DNA of 64,000 nucleotides from the human T2T-CHM13v2.0 reference genome, Homo sapiens, in NCBI RefSeq assembly GCF_009914755.1, contig NC_060944.1, one strand, 5' to 3'. Both the position numbers and the translations under genes were made by a program. Below, piece after piece: positions 39,641 through 52,329 of the stretch; position 1 is the stretch's first letter; the number at the start of each line of letters is the position of its first letter. A model generated the notes under the pieces. It was not told the DNA's origin. It was given only the letters and a program-made list of their open reading frames with translations, and made no database searches.

Positions 39641-40242
39641 GTTAAATGTAGAACAGAAAGAGTAAGTACCTGTGGAAAATACCTAGGTTTTTTTTCTTTT
39701 CACTCACTCTTCCTATAACATACTATCCTAAATAGGAAGTATTTATTTAATAGCTTTAGTTTCTCCCATACCATTCTCCTAACTCTTAGAGAGACCAAAG
39801 TATACATGAATTAGTTTCTTATTTTAATTACAGTTTAATACTAACAACACCTGTTGGCTCCAAACTGAGAAACTTTTTTTCTCCTGATTCTCATCTGCTG
39901 ACTGGACATTACTTTGGCAGTTTGTTTCTATAACAATTTCACTATCTGAAAAAATCTCACTCTCAAAGTAAAAGTGATTTTATCGCATTATGCAGATTTG
40001 CTTTCTCTCAGGTTTTAATATCAAGTTAGCATGTAAGTGTTTTCTACAATGAGAATTAAACATGCTGACTCTGTATAAGTTATGTTGTTTTAATAGTTAA
40101 TATAATTTAATCCAAAGCTAATACTAGCCTAATTGGGTTTACTTGTGCCTTGGCTTAAGGTCTAGAATATAATAAACTTAAAGGTCTGAACACAGTGAGG
40201 TTAATTATGCTTAAAACCTGCAAAGCAGCAAGTTTTAGGTCC

Positions 40243-40245
<3 letters not shown>

Positions 40246-40287
<42 letters not shown>
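40246..40287. repeat. (AC)21 microsatellite
   Basis: Direct reading. Confidence 0.98.
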
Positions 40288-40289
<2 letters not shown>

Positions 40290-41229
40290 CCCAACAGGAA
40301 AATGAGTCAAAGAAATTCTTCCAGCAAGAAATGAAATCACGCCTTCCTTCTCAGGTCTGTGTGCCGCCATAGCTCAGGTTATAATATAGCACTTGCTTTT
40401 TTCCCACCTCTTGGTAGAGCTTTCTGCCAAATTATTTGTCCTCAAGGGCTATTCAGCTCACAGTTCTATGTTCAAAATGGTTCTCCAGTGCCTATGAAAT
40501 TAAATATAAACAGCTTACTCTGGCTTTCCAGAATTCTCTAATTTGAACCCAATTTACCTGCACAAGCTCATTGCCCTCTACTTCACTGCATGATCTTTAG
40601 CTTAATTAAGGTAGCTTAAGTATTGTGCCCTCAACACTCAAGCAACTTCCCACCTCTGTTACTACCCACCCCTTTTCATGCTGTCCCAATTCCCTTTGGT
40701 ATCCTCTTGATCATCCTGCTCGCCATTGTTCTTCCTTAGTCTTGCAGGGAACAATGGCAGGGTAAGGAAGTCAAGAGCAGGACACAGTCATAGCCCAGCT
40801 TACTGGACCTAAGTGCAACGCCACTGGCTTGCTTTTTGATGGCATTTTATATTTGCCTTGCATGCACATTTTCCAAAAGTGAAGGTTTAATGGATCCAGT
40901 TGTTCACCATAAAATATAGAATTATCTTATAGGACGCAAGTTAGTGTGAAGGAACCTCAGAGGTCGTTAGCTTTCCTTGGGTCCAGACCATCACAAATCT
41001 TTAGCCTGTGCATCAATCAGTCTTTCATCCAATCCACTGCTGTGGCCAAATGATTGGGCTGAGAGAGCAGAGTCCAACAGGAATGTGTGCAGGCATAGGC
41101 CAGATCAAGCCAGCAAAAGACACCTATAGCATGGCAAACATTGAAGACTTGTGGACTCCTTTCTGTCAAGTCCCCTTTTAGTACCCTAAATCCCACAGAC
41201 AGATTCATTTGTTAAGAAATGAAAGTGGA

Positions 41230-41605
41230 GGAGAGTATGGATTCAGCAATAAAGAGGAATGAACCACGGACACACAAAACATCATTGACGAATCTCAGAA
41301 ACATTATGCTGAGTGAAAGAAGCCAGATACAATCGAGTACCTACTGTATAGATCTATGTATAAAAAGACTTTGAACAGGCAAAACTAATCTATTGTGATA
41401 GAAATCAGAACAGCAGTTGCCTCATTGGGGATGCAGGGCTTGTCCAGGCAGAATCCCGTCAGACGCGAAAACGATCCGTGGTGATGTCAATGATTTACAT
41501 CTTGATATGACATGAATTTCATAGGTATGCACATTTCCCAACTCATCAAACTGTATACTTCAAATTTGTGTATTTCACAATGAGGACATTATTCTTCTAT
41601 ATTTA
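41230..41605 (+). mobile_element. L1ME/MD-type 3' fragment
   Basis: 'aaacattatgctgagtgaaagaagccaga', 'aggcaaaactaatcta', 'aactcatcaaactgtatactt'. Confidence 0.75.
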
Positions 41606-41699
41606 AAATGAGATTTGGAAAGTCAATACAAGTTCTTATGCTGTTTTTCCCCATATGTAAATGAATTCTCTCATTTTCATTGGACTTTGAGGTGAGGAG

Positions 41700-41940
41700 C
41701 TGCATAGGCGTGTTCTCTGAAGTCAGAATTTCTGGGTCCAAACCCCAGTTCTACCAGTTTCTGGCTTTATGACTTTGAAGTTGCCCAAGCATTCTTAAGT
41801 TTAAGGCAATTTTATCCAAAGAACAATTATCATCATCATCATAAAAACCTCACAGAATTATTGTAAAGATTAAACAAAAGAGATAACACATATAAAATCT
41901 TATGTCTCAAGGACTAAGTATTCATCTATTAGCTGCAAGT
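41700..41940 (+). mobile_element. MIR
   Basis: 'agtcaga...tgggtccaaaccccagttctacca', 'acctcacagaattattgtaaagattaaa'. Confidence 0.65.
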
Positions 41941-42399
41941 GTCAATACCAGATTTAAGCACCTTAAAAGGTAAGGCTGTGCTTTCTTAGTCTTTTTGTTA
42001 GTCTCACCACACATTTCTGTGATCTGTGCTTCTCAATCACTGGGCTGTATGTACCAGGGGTGTGAATAGTAGATATGGAGGTTTTCCAACCATATAAAAA
42101 TGACAACATAACTTAATATATGGTAGAGGTGGGAGTTAAAACACCTTAGATATTATAAATGCATGATATATTTGTGGAATAGAGTGAAATTCCTAGGTAT
42201 GCTGAAGATAAAACAAGAGAGTTCAAAGTGGTTTCAGACATTCCCCTAGTGGCTTTCTGTTATCCCCAGAACTATCTTCTCTATTCTCCACTGATTTCAA
42301 GGTAAATTCAGTGGAGAAGTATTAGAAGTAACATGATACTGCTGAATTCAATCAAAATCTATATTATAGGTCATTTGGGATCTATATTTGGAATAAATA

Positions 42400-42807
42400 T
42401 CTGCTAGTTCATATTAATTTATTGGCTTGACTGTATTAATCTACTTAATCTGTTAAGTCCTCAAATTTCAAGCAAGTAGCAATTCAATTATCCCATGAAT
42501 GAAGGGAGGAACAATGTTGTGCACTTTGCATATTTTTAAAAAATTAATTTAAAAAAGGAAGTGTCAACAAGTAGTGGCTGGAGCCAATGTCATTGCCTGG
42601 GTTCTTTTGCCAAGTGGCTATCCATTAATGTTGGATCGTATGACAGACGTGATCCACTATCGATGTTGTCCAAATGGCAAGTTCCGTCAGTGAAGACTTT
42701 CAGGGAACAGAATGCTGAGGACCCATTGGTTCTTAGCGCTCTCAAAATTCATCCTGATTTAGCGTCAGGTGTTGTGGATACTGTACACATGAATGCTATG
42801 CACTGAT
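42400..42807 (-). other. Candidate terminal exon of a minus-strand transcript
   Basis: Minus-strand acceptor gttcttttacag|ATCAG at 42807; six CpGs at about 42636-42764; AATAAA(-) at 42418-42423. Confidence 0.4.
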
Positions 42808-43279
42808 CTGTAAAAGAACTCCTAAAATACTAAAAACAAACAACTTAGGTACAATCACATTATTTTAAGCTGTATTTTTCTTAGGGAGTGAGATAAGGAC
42901 TGGGGCCCTTTTGGAAATTCTATTTTACACAGATGGAAACTGCCAAGATATGAAGGCTTGAGAAATCAACAGCCTTTGGGTTAGCTTAGGGTATATGCTC
43001 CCTGAATCCCAATACAAGAGCTCAGAATGGGCATCTGCTTAAGCACCCTGAATTGCTGTGTGTGCACTCCTATAACAGGCAGACACACACTCCTGCCTGG
43101 GCTGATCATCGTTCAGCACCATCTGCTTCACAGTCATTGGGTTTCCAAGTCATGCATGTAGATCCTTTACTTTAAAGCGTAATTGTTGATTTCCACACCC
43201 AGCCTTCCTTCGTCTGCTGCCATTTCTTCCATAGTTGGCACAATCATTCTGCAAGTATTCATTGACCTCCCACTATCTA

Positions 43280-43530
43280 CAGCATAGCTTAGAAGTTAAA
43301 AGCACAGACTCCAGAATCAGACTCCCTAAATTTGATCCTGTACCATTTCCTGGCTTTCTGACCTTGGTCAATTCCCTTAACCCCTCTGTACCTGTTTCCT
43401 CTTCTATAAAATGGGTCTGATAGTAATTCTCAGCACATGGAATGATGTGAGCATAAAATGAGTTAACAGACGCAAAGCACTCAGTTTTGGCTAGCACATA
43501 GCATAACACCCGATAACTATTGCTGTTATT
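43280..43530 (+). mobile_element. MIR within L2 remnants
   Basis: 'gttaaaagcacagactc...tgaccttggtcaa...tttcctcttctataaaatggg'. Confidence 0.75.
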
Positions 43531-43892
43531 GTTGTTAGTATGGTCGGGGACTGATACTGAGGATATAGCAGTGAGCAAGACCGACTCTGCCTTACTTCTA
43601 GAGGGGCTCGTGGTCTAGTATGGAGAACAAAGCATTTAAAACATAAAGATAAAGTGAATGAAGGGTTATGTCATGGAAAGACAAAACAGAAGTACACAGG
43701 AAGAGCACCTAAAACAATCAGTCAACACTCTTTATGTACTGGTTCTTCCCCCAGTCTACGTAAGACATTTGTGGGAAAAGCAAGAAGACAAGACATATCT
43801 TTGTGGTTTAGTTGCTATAGGAGTAACCCATAAGGCACATAGAAAACATGAGCACCAAGTCATGGAGAGACGGCTGGGAACTTCAGCTACAA

Positions 43893-44097
43893 CAGTGGTT
43901 CTCCATGAGGTACTTTTCCCAGGTGACGTTTGGCAATATCCAGAGATATTTTTGATTGCCACAGTGTGGGGGTGGGGGAGTTTGGCATCTAGCAAGCAGA
44001 GGTCAGGGGAGGTGCTAAACCTCTTGCATACACAGGACAGCCCCACAACAAAGAATTATTCAATTGATGTCACGAGTGCCAAAAATGAGAAACTCTG
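43893..44097. mobile_element. MER20 hAT-Charlie element
   Basis: cagtggttctc...tttggcaat...ggacagccccacaacaaagaattat...tgagaaactctg. Confidence 0.85.
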
Positions 44098-44701
44098 GTC
44101 TAGAAGGAGAGACTGGATTGTGATGAGTTTACAGGACAGAACGTAGGTCTGCTTTTGTGTCTGCTTTTCTAAATACTTATTATATACATTGATGTCTCCA
44201 TCATTCAGACTGAAATTGCATTCATTTTAATATGCCACCCTGGAACAAACCTGTGGGAAAGATGTACAGCTGTTTTCTACCTGTAACTATTGAAGGCTAT
44301 GAACAAATACCTTTTTTTAAAAAGTGACCACATTGTCTTACACCAATTTGCATAACCTACTGCAAATCATCCCTGGCCCTCCTGGACTATGCCATGGTGT
44401 CTTTCACGTAGTTTGTGCTTCAAGTAGACAAAAGCTTAAGGGGATAAACGTCGGGAGTTGAAGTGACACCCTGTTAAGTAGCTACTAGATTTGAATTTTC
44501 TCCCCAGGATTCTATAGTAAATGCTTAAATATATTATATTGTTACATAGAGCCCTAAATTGCACATAAAAATAATTCCAAGTACTGTATTTAACTTTAGT
44601 CTGATTTTAAAAGTAGTTTGCCAATTGCTTAAATTAAACAGGTATTTTATCAACTGGGGTTCCTACTAATTATGCTGTTCCTCTTATTAAAAATTACTCA
44701 C

Positions 44702-44719
44702 TCTAGCATGTTTCAATTT
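44702..44719 (-). other. Candidate 18-nt micro-exon AAATTGAAACATGCTAGA
   Basis: Acceptor ctttttctttgttttacag| and donor AGA|gtgagt on the minus strand. Confidence 0.35.
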
Positions 44720-45159
44720 CTGTAAAACAAAGAAAAAGTTTTTTTCACGTTTTTATTTTTAGAATGAAATGTGCAATGAAAAAGAAAAAAAAAACATATG
44801 TACAACATACCCTGTTAAAATAAGTATTTATCTTGGAAAGGCAAATGTATGGGTTCTGTATAGCTAGATTTAAGTACATCAAGCCTTTTAAACTCAATGA
44901 CTGACTTACAGTCTGTGTAAAAAACCACCCATCAAAGGGGTAGAGCTCATTTAATTATTTACAAGTGTGTCTTTTTGCAGTTAACTGATCTGGGGACTTC
45001 TTTATCCTTTTTTATTTTGTGGAAAGTGTCAGTGTTAAGCACTGGGGCCAATATTCATTAAATTGTGAATACAGCTTTAAATGGATACAATCTTTCTTTG
45101 TCAATTATAGCTCAATAAAGCTGGGAAAGAAAAATAAAACAAAATAAAGTCAAATGAAT

Positions 45160-45715
45160 AAAAGCCTAATGTAAACTATGGACCCTGGCTAACAATGAGG
45201 TGTCAGTGTAGATTCACCCATTGTGACACGTGTGCCACTCTGGTGCGGGTGTTGATAGTGGGGAAGGCTGTGCATCTGCGGGGAAATGGGGACAGGGGGT
45301 GTATGGGAACCTTTAGTAGTTTTTCTTTTCTTTTTTTCTTTTTTTTTTTTTGAGACAGAGTCTTACTCTGTTGCCCAGGCTGGAGTACAATGGCGGGATC
45401 TCAACTCACTGCAACCTCCGCCTCCCAGGTTCATGCAAGTCTCCCGCCTCAGCCTCCCATGTAGCTGAGATTACAGGCACATGCCACCACACCTGGCTAA
45501 TTTTTTGTATTTTTAGTAGAGACGGGGTTTGCCATGTTGGCCAGGCTGGTCTCAAACTCCTGACCTCAGGTTATCCACCCACCCCGGACTCCCAAAGTGC
45601 TGAGAATACAGACGTGAGTCACCATGCCCGGTCCCTTTTGTACTTTTTACTCGGTTTTGTTGTAAACCTAAAACTGCTGTAAAATATAAACCTAAAAAAC
45701 AACTATCAAAAACAC
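45160..45715 (+). mobile_element. L1MC/MB-type 3' end, split by an Alu
   Basis: 'cctaatgtaaactatggac...ccactctggtg...gttgatagtggg', then 'tgtaaacctaaaactgct'. Confidence 0.8.
45320..45633 (-). mobile_element. Alu (AluS-type)
   Basis: Antisense dimer; flanks cctttagtagtttt / ccttttgtactttt. Confidence 0.96.
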
Positions 45716-45879
45716 TGTAAGAAAAGCAGATTAGTAAACTCATAGAATGTTAGTGTTGAGAGGGCCTTAGGAATAATTCAGTTTAGTATATTCAGGGTAT
45801 AAGCAGGGAAATCCAGGCCCAGAGATGGGCTATGCCTTGCACCCAGCAATATGGTGAGTTCACGGTAAACTACAAACAT

Positions 45880-46909
45880 CTGAGACAGAAAAATTCTACC
45901 ATGGCCCTCAGTGAGGCCCTTGTTTAATCCCTTCCCCTGTGAACACGGTAGAATAATGTAAAAGTTCTTAGGTCTAGTCCAGTGAGATAGAACGCTCACA
46001 CAAGTCAGGCAAAGCAGACCTGTCACTCACAGATAGGCAGCAAGGATAAACGGAAGTCTAGGAGCCATGACGAAGCTATCCTCCAAGGCTCAGGAAAGCT
46101 GCTCCGGGCAGATGGAGTCTCATCTACGCATGCCCCGCATCGCATCACAGCTGAGAAACCCCAGCACGGCTCTGGGTTTATATACCCTGGGCAGCACCTG
46201 GCTCACTGAGCCCACGTGCTGCAGAACACTCTGTTCTAGGAAGAATGCAGACATAGCCTGGGTTGTTCCGCACCCTTCCTCCTTATCTCAGGGTGCTACA
46301 TTCTCAGTACATTCCGGAGTTATTCTGAGAATTACCAACAGGAGGTGGGAAAGCTAGGTCAGCCAAGGTCATCCAGGAATCTGTCCTCCTCCAAGTAATA
46401 TTCCCTTGATTAGACTACATTATATGAAAATGTCAAAGGATATATTTGTAGACATAATTAAAAATCTTAATTGGTTAACTTTAAGTTAATTAAAAGGGAG
46501 ACTATCCTGGGTGAGACTGCCCGAATCAGGAAAGCCCATTCAAAGAGGGTGCAGCGGTCAGAGACTCAAAAGAGTAGAGATACCCTCTTGTTGGCCTTGA
46601 AGAGAAAAACTGCCCTGTTTTGAGCAATTCCACATAACAGGAAACAGTGGGTGGCCTCTAGGAGCTGTGGGATTCAGTCTTATAATAGCAAGGGGCTAAA
46701 TTGTTCCACCAGTGAGCTTGGAAGAGGACCCCAAGCCTCAGATGGGCGTGCAGCCATGGCCAGCACCTGATTTCAATCTGCTGAGATTCCAAGCACGAGA
46801 ATCAGCTGCGTACTCAGACTCCTGATCTATGGAGACCGAGATAATAAGTGAGTGTTGTTTTAAGTCACTAAATTTGTGGTTAAATCATATAACACAGAAA
46901 ATTAATACA
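45880..46909 (+). mobile_element. MLT1E-type MaLR LTR, split by an ERVL LTR
   Basis: 'taatcccttccc', 'ttggccttgaaga', 'ggcctctaggagctg', 'tgttgttttaagtcactaaatttgtggt...aataca'. Confidence 0.75.
45957..46393 (-). mobile_element. ERVL-class solo LTR (LTR42/LTR47-like)
   Basis: TG...CA ends; 5-bp TSD aataa/agtaa; minus-strand TATATAAA at 46177-46184. Confidence 0.7.
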
Positions 46910-47199
46910 ATAACCTTGTTCTGTGATTTTCCACATTTATAACTGCCTCCCTCCCATCTGTGGGCCAGACCATTCTTAGATCCTTTGAGATGATATAGAC
47001 ATTTCAAGACACAAATTAATAGGGGGCAAGCAAAGGATTTTCACATGCCCTTCATTCCCCCTATCCAATCTCCCATTTTATAATGCCCAGATAGCTTAGG
47101 CTCAACTTCCAGGCCTCAGCTAAAGATTTAGGTGGGAATTCTGATAGTCCTAAGACTTAGTGCTGACTTTGCTATTTTGGCCTATGAAGACAATTAGTA

Positions 47200-48240
47200 C
47201 AATTCATTAAAACAACGAAATAAGTTTAAATCCATACATCTATACTGATTCTAAAAATAAAATCAAATGAAAAAAATCCCTCATTGGAGAAATGTAGGAA
47301 ATTTCTTTATTTTAAAAATGTTAAATAAAGGGAAAGACAAGCATGTATCTCCCTTTCCTATGTGGATTCAAACTCAGGGTAACTAAACAGCTGATGAAGA
47401 AACTTCTCTTTATAAAACGTTCCACTTCTTGGAATGAATGAAGAAGAAATTATAGAATTCAAACATCACTATTTAAAACTCCAGTAAATTAATGGAAGTT
47501 AGGCAATGATTATCAATGGCTGCTAATATCACTTAAAGAGGGAAAAAAACAGACAACTATGTGCCTCCTCATGGTCAAACCACCACCTATGAGATCAACG
47601 TGCCAAAAAAATGGAATCCGCAATGTAAAAAGCCTCTCAAGGTCTAATTTGCAGGAAATACCAAAGGCAGAGAAATACGTTAAAACCACCACGGAAATGT
47701 ACCAATCAAAACTCAGACAGTGGGATATGCCTAGCATAAACAACATGGTTCTTTACAGATGAATTGCAAGGAATAAAAATAGAGATGGTAGAAGAATGTA
47801 CACATTAAAACACACCTAAGAGATATATCAATAACTGCAACTTATGAATCTTATTTGAACCCTGATTCAAAGAAAGTATATATACACACACACACACACA
47901 CACACTACAACTGGGAAAATTTGAACACTGGATATTTGATGATATTACATATTAAAAATCACTGGAGCTTTTAAAAGATATTCCTGCTTATTTTTTGGAA
48001 TGAGAGTTCTTGACTTTTAAAGATATGCTTAGTGACGTAATGATAAGGTATGTGAGATTTACTTCAAATAAATGTGACAAGATGCAGGGGTATGTGGGTT
48101 GGGTCACAGGTGAAACATAATTGGCCATGAGTTGAACAATGTTAGCTAGTAGACTGGTGCATGGAGGTTTAATATTTTTCCATTTTAAAAATATACTTAA
48201 AATTCTCTATAGTAGAAAGTTTATATACAAAAAGCAAAAA
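47200..48240 (+). mobile_element. L1MC4-like 3'UTR
   Basis: 'ctcagggtaactaaacagctgatga', 'aggcaatgattatcaatggctgctaa', 'tgaaacataattggccatgagttga'. Confidence 0.7.
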
Positions 48241-48690
48241 CAATCATGTCACCCTCTACTTAAAATATTTCAGTGACTTTTTATTGCTCTTGGGATCAAA
48301 GACCAAAATCCTGCAAGGTTCTGAATAATCCAGCCTTCGCTTCCTACCCCAGCCTCAATAGATCTCATCTTCCTTCTCTCTGAGTTTCATCTGCAAAGGT
48401 CTCTCATTCTTCCCAAGGTTCAGCGTCTTTGTAGGCCCTTTCTCTTGCCAGAAATCCTCCTCTCCACCTACTTTTTCTTACTGAGTGAAACAATCCTATT
48501 AAACAATCTCATAGCACTATGTTCATTACCATTAAGGTATTTTTATTGGTAGCAATTACATATAGATTTGGTTGAGGATTTTATTAATATATGATTCCCA
48601 GCAGAGACCTGGTATGATTTGGCTCCAGTGCTTTGCTCCTAAAAGGTGAACAAAATACTTACATGCCAAGGAATGGAATAAATAAAATTA
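48240..48690 (+). mobile_element. L2 fragment
   Basis: 'atcatgtcaccctctacttaaaa...tcagtgac...aagaccaaaatcct'. Confidence 0.55.
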
Positions 48691-49639
48691 CTCAAGAACA
48701 TCCAACCAATTTTTGCTAAGTAATTTATGTGTAAAGGGATGTTAAAGATATACACAAATAAAAAAATTGAGAAAATGATAGTGCTCATAAAGTATCTTTT
48801 TCATGGGTGTTTGAGAAAGTTCAAAGATGAATGGAGAGACTACAAAGAGCTGTGCCACACTGGATCCCTCACACTGGGCTCCTCAGAGAGGAGAAGAAAG
48901 AACCAAAGTCAAAGCCTTTGTTGTGACACAATTTATGCAGCAGGGAGTCTGTGATAGCCAATGGGATTCTCAACAGCCCATGTCTGAATATGATGTCCTC
49001 ATCAGACAGAACAGAACGCAAGCCTGCAAACCACCAATGGTTAGATAGTCATCAATGGAGAGCTGGATTTCACTTATTTTTCTTGTTTTTCTAGCTTGGA
49101 AGGAAACTAAAGTGGGCTCAGGAGTAAGAAAAGAGAAAACATATTAATTCTCTTATTGGAAAGTATTTCCTTTAATCAAAACTGAAATTCTAACCTCTGC
49201 CATTTCTTTTTTTATTACCTCTTGTGTGCAATATGTCCTCTAAATTCAGATAATTTTCCTATGAGCCTAAACCTCTTACAGTATTCTGTCATTTATAACT
49301 AAAGAATATGGGTTTCTCTCTGTGCATCAGGTATATTTTGATCACCCTCTATGAGTAAGGTTTTATAATGGTGAACAAAATGACTCTGGATCTTCACCTT
49401 GAGGGAATCACATATAAATTAATTTGGGAAATAAGCCCCTTATTCTTTGATGAATAAGGTAAAGATAACTCTGAAATACATGTATTCAATTTTTGCTAGA
49501 TGCCACAAAGCTGTACTACATTCCAAATGACCTGGTTTCTATGTTTTAAAGCAGGAAAATTATATATTTAAAACAAATTTCTATGTTTTAAAGCAGGCAA
49601 ATTTGCTATGCAAATTATAAGAGGAAAAGAATATTTCCA

Positions 49640-50455
49640 TCCAAAGGAATATAAATCATTCTATTATCAAGACACATGCATGCGTAGCTTCATTGCAGCA
49701 CTATTCACAATAGCAAAGACATGGATTCAATCTAAATGCCCATAATTGATAGACTGGATAAAAAAATGTGGTACATATACACCATGGAATACTATGCAGC
49801 CATAAAAAGGAAAGAGATCATGTGAGTTGGAAGCCATTATCGTCAGCAAACTAACACCGGAACAGAAAACCAAACACTGGCCAGGCGCGGTGGCTCAAGC
49901 CTGTAATCCCAACACTTTGGGAGGCCAAGGCGGATGGATCACAAGGTCAGGCACTCGAGAGCAGTCTGGACAAGGTGGTAAAACCCTGTCTCTACTAAAA
50001 ATACAAAAGTAACAGGACGTGGTGGTGGGTGCCTGTAATCCTAGCTACTCGAGAGGCTGAAGCAGAGAATTGCTTGAACCCAGGAGGCAGAGATTACAGT
50101 GAGCCGAGATCGTGCCACTGCACTCCAGCCTGGGTGACAGAGCGAGACTCCATCTCAAAAAGAAAAGCAAAAAAAAAAAAGAAAGAAAACCAAACACCAC
50201 ATGTTCTCTCTTATAACTGGGAGTGGAATGATGACATACATGGAAACACTGGGGGGAACAACACACACTGGGGCCTGTCAGGGGTGGGGCAGGGGGGAGG
50301 GAGAGCATCAAGAAGAATAGCTGATGGATGCTGGGCCCAATACCTAGGTGATGGATTGATAGGTGCAGCAAACCACAATGGCACGTGCTTAACCTATGTA
50401 ACAAACCTGCATATTTGCACGTGTACCCCTGAACTTAAAAGTTGAAGGAAAAAAA
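49640..50455 (+). mobile_element. L1PA 3' end, split by an Alu
   Basis: 'gcagcactattcacaatagcaaagacatgg...gtaacaaacctgca'; flanks ggaaaagaatatttcca / ggaaaaaaatatctcca. Confidence 0.92.
49879..50183 (+). mobile_element. Alu (AluS-type)
   Basis: Full dimer; TSD AGAAAACCAAACAC. Confidence 0.97.
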
Positions 50456-51981
50456 TATCTCCAACACATTTCTATACGTATTCCCATAGAGGGTAGCTAA
50501 TTAGGGATTGGATGCGGGTGGTGGGAGGACCATATAAATAGAAAAGTATTCAACGCCATGCTTTTCTGAGAAATTAATAATACAGCAACAGGGATGTTTG
50601 CTCTGATAAAAAAAAAAAGTCAAAATGTTATCACTCAATAAGCAGCTATTCGTTCTAGGCTCTCATAACATCTCTACCTACTATCCTATACAATACAATC
50701 TACAACTTTCAGGCTTCTGAAAATTGAACGTGCCTTGTGGTCCATATTATTTTAGAGAGCACTCTATTTTAAATAACTGGGAGCTTGTAATATGAATCCA
50801 TCAAACTGGTCATCTTCTTAAATAAAATAGCAATATTTAGCAAAGGCAATGGCATAATACCATACGAATTCCCTTTCACTGTGAGTGTTAGTGAAGTTGG
50901 CAGCACTTTCTGAAAAATGTGTTGATGTGCATCAAATGCCTTAAGATGGTCTTAAACCTTTAACCAATTACTTCATATGTAGGAGTCAATTCTTATTAAA
51001 CTGTGGGAGGAAAAAGTAAAAGCACACATATATATAAGGATATTCAACCTAAATGCCAGAGAACAGAATACTGCTTAAATAATGTTGATGTATCCGTGTA
51101 ATGTCATATTATACAACCATTGGGAGAAAAATATTTTCAAAGAATATTTAGTGACATGGGGAAATAATTCTAATATAATGCTGAATAAAATAAAAGCAGG
51201 CCTGAAAATACCATGTAATCGCAATAATATATACATACAGAAAGAACTAAAAATGTACTTCTTATAAATAACTATAGAAAGTTTATCAAGGAAGTAGTAG
51301 TATTATCTGAATGGTATAGATTATTTTTTGGATGGTTCTTTTTTTTCAACATTTTCTATAATCAGAGAGCACAAAATAAAAATTATCAAAGGAACACTGG
51401 AAAATACTATATGCAATATATAACTCTCTATTAATGAGAAAACTAACTTAATAATATTGTAATAATGAGAAAACTGACTTAAAATACAATATGTCATTTT
51501 TAACCATTGTACATCATTGGAATTCTTTTTATGTGCATTTGTTTATATGCCACCTACTTACCATAGAGATTTCAGGCATTTAATTGGGAATCCACTGAAG
51601 TTGGGCTTTATTTCTAGGCACTGTCCCTTAATTTTAACTAAACTCTTAAGTGAAAATACTCTTAGGCACACAAGTTGCCTACAGCATATCTATCAGTACC
51701 TAGATTCCTATACTAGAAATCAACAGGTCACCATTTCTATTAACAAATAATAAAAAAGAGTATTAACCTAATTCAAAACTTGTCAACTATTCAAAAATAA
51801 TTAATCAGTGTTCTTCCATGCACTTATCCTCATTCATTCAACAAACATTTGTGGAGTCTCCATGTGCAGGCAGTGTACCTTGGGAACACCATGACCCAGA
51901 TCCCAAGGAACTGTGTGCTAATACTACTGGGCAAGATCTTACGAGGTACACAGAAGATGAAGAAAATGTACCTGTCCTCAC

Positions 51982-52054
51982 CTGCTACCAGTTGTTTTAT
52001 GAGATAATAAATGTATTAAGTAAAGCAGGTAGTTGGGACACAGCTATAGAATTC
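51982..52054 (-). other. Candidate 73-nt exon with stops in all three frames
   Basis: Acceptor ttttttttcttcag|G and donor CAG|gtgagg, both near consensus. Confidence 0.4.
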
Positions 52055-52329
52055 CTGAAGAAAAAAAATACATGGAATATTTTTCAGAAGTTGAATGAGG
52101 AACAATAATGAAGAAACTCTCAGTCAAGTGGAATGCACTGTCATATTACCAGGAACCCCTGATTTAAAACAGATCAAATTATCACCTCCCCGTTATTAAA
52201 ATAAGTCATCAGAAATAATACCCAATAGACATGGCCGAATGTCGCATTTACAACTAAGAACTGGGATTGATATGAAAATTCATGCCCTGGTTGATTAGTA
52301 AGCACTAGAGCAAGTGAACAAAAAGTTAA

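Noticed and set aside
43658-44146. 162-aa ORF
   Set aside because: It runs through L2 remnants and MER20; a chance open frame
44342-44470. Possible minus-strand exon (cttaacag| ... |gtaaga)
   Set aside because: Poor pyrimidine tract, weak donor and stops in all frames
50281-50301. G-quadruplex-type motif GGGGTGGGGCAGGGGGGAGGG
   Set aside because: It is the ordinary G-rich tract of the L1PA 3'UTR and is not locus-specific
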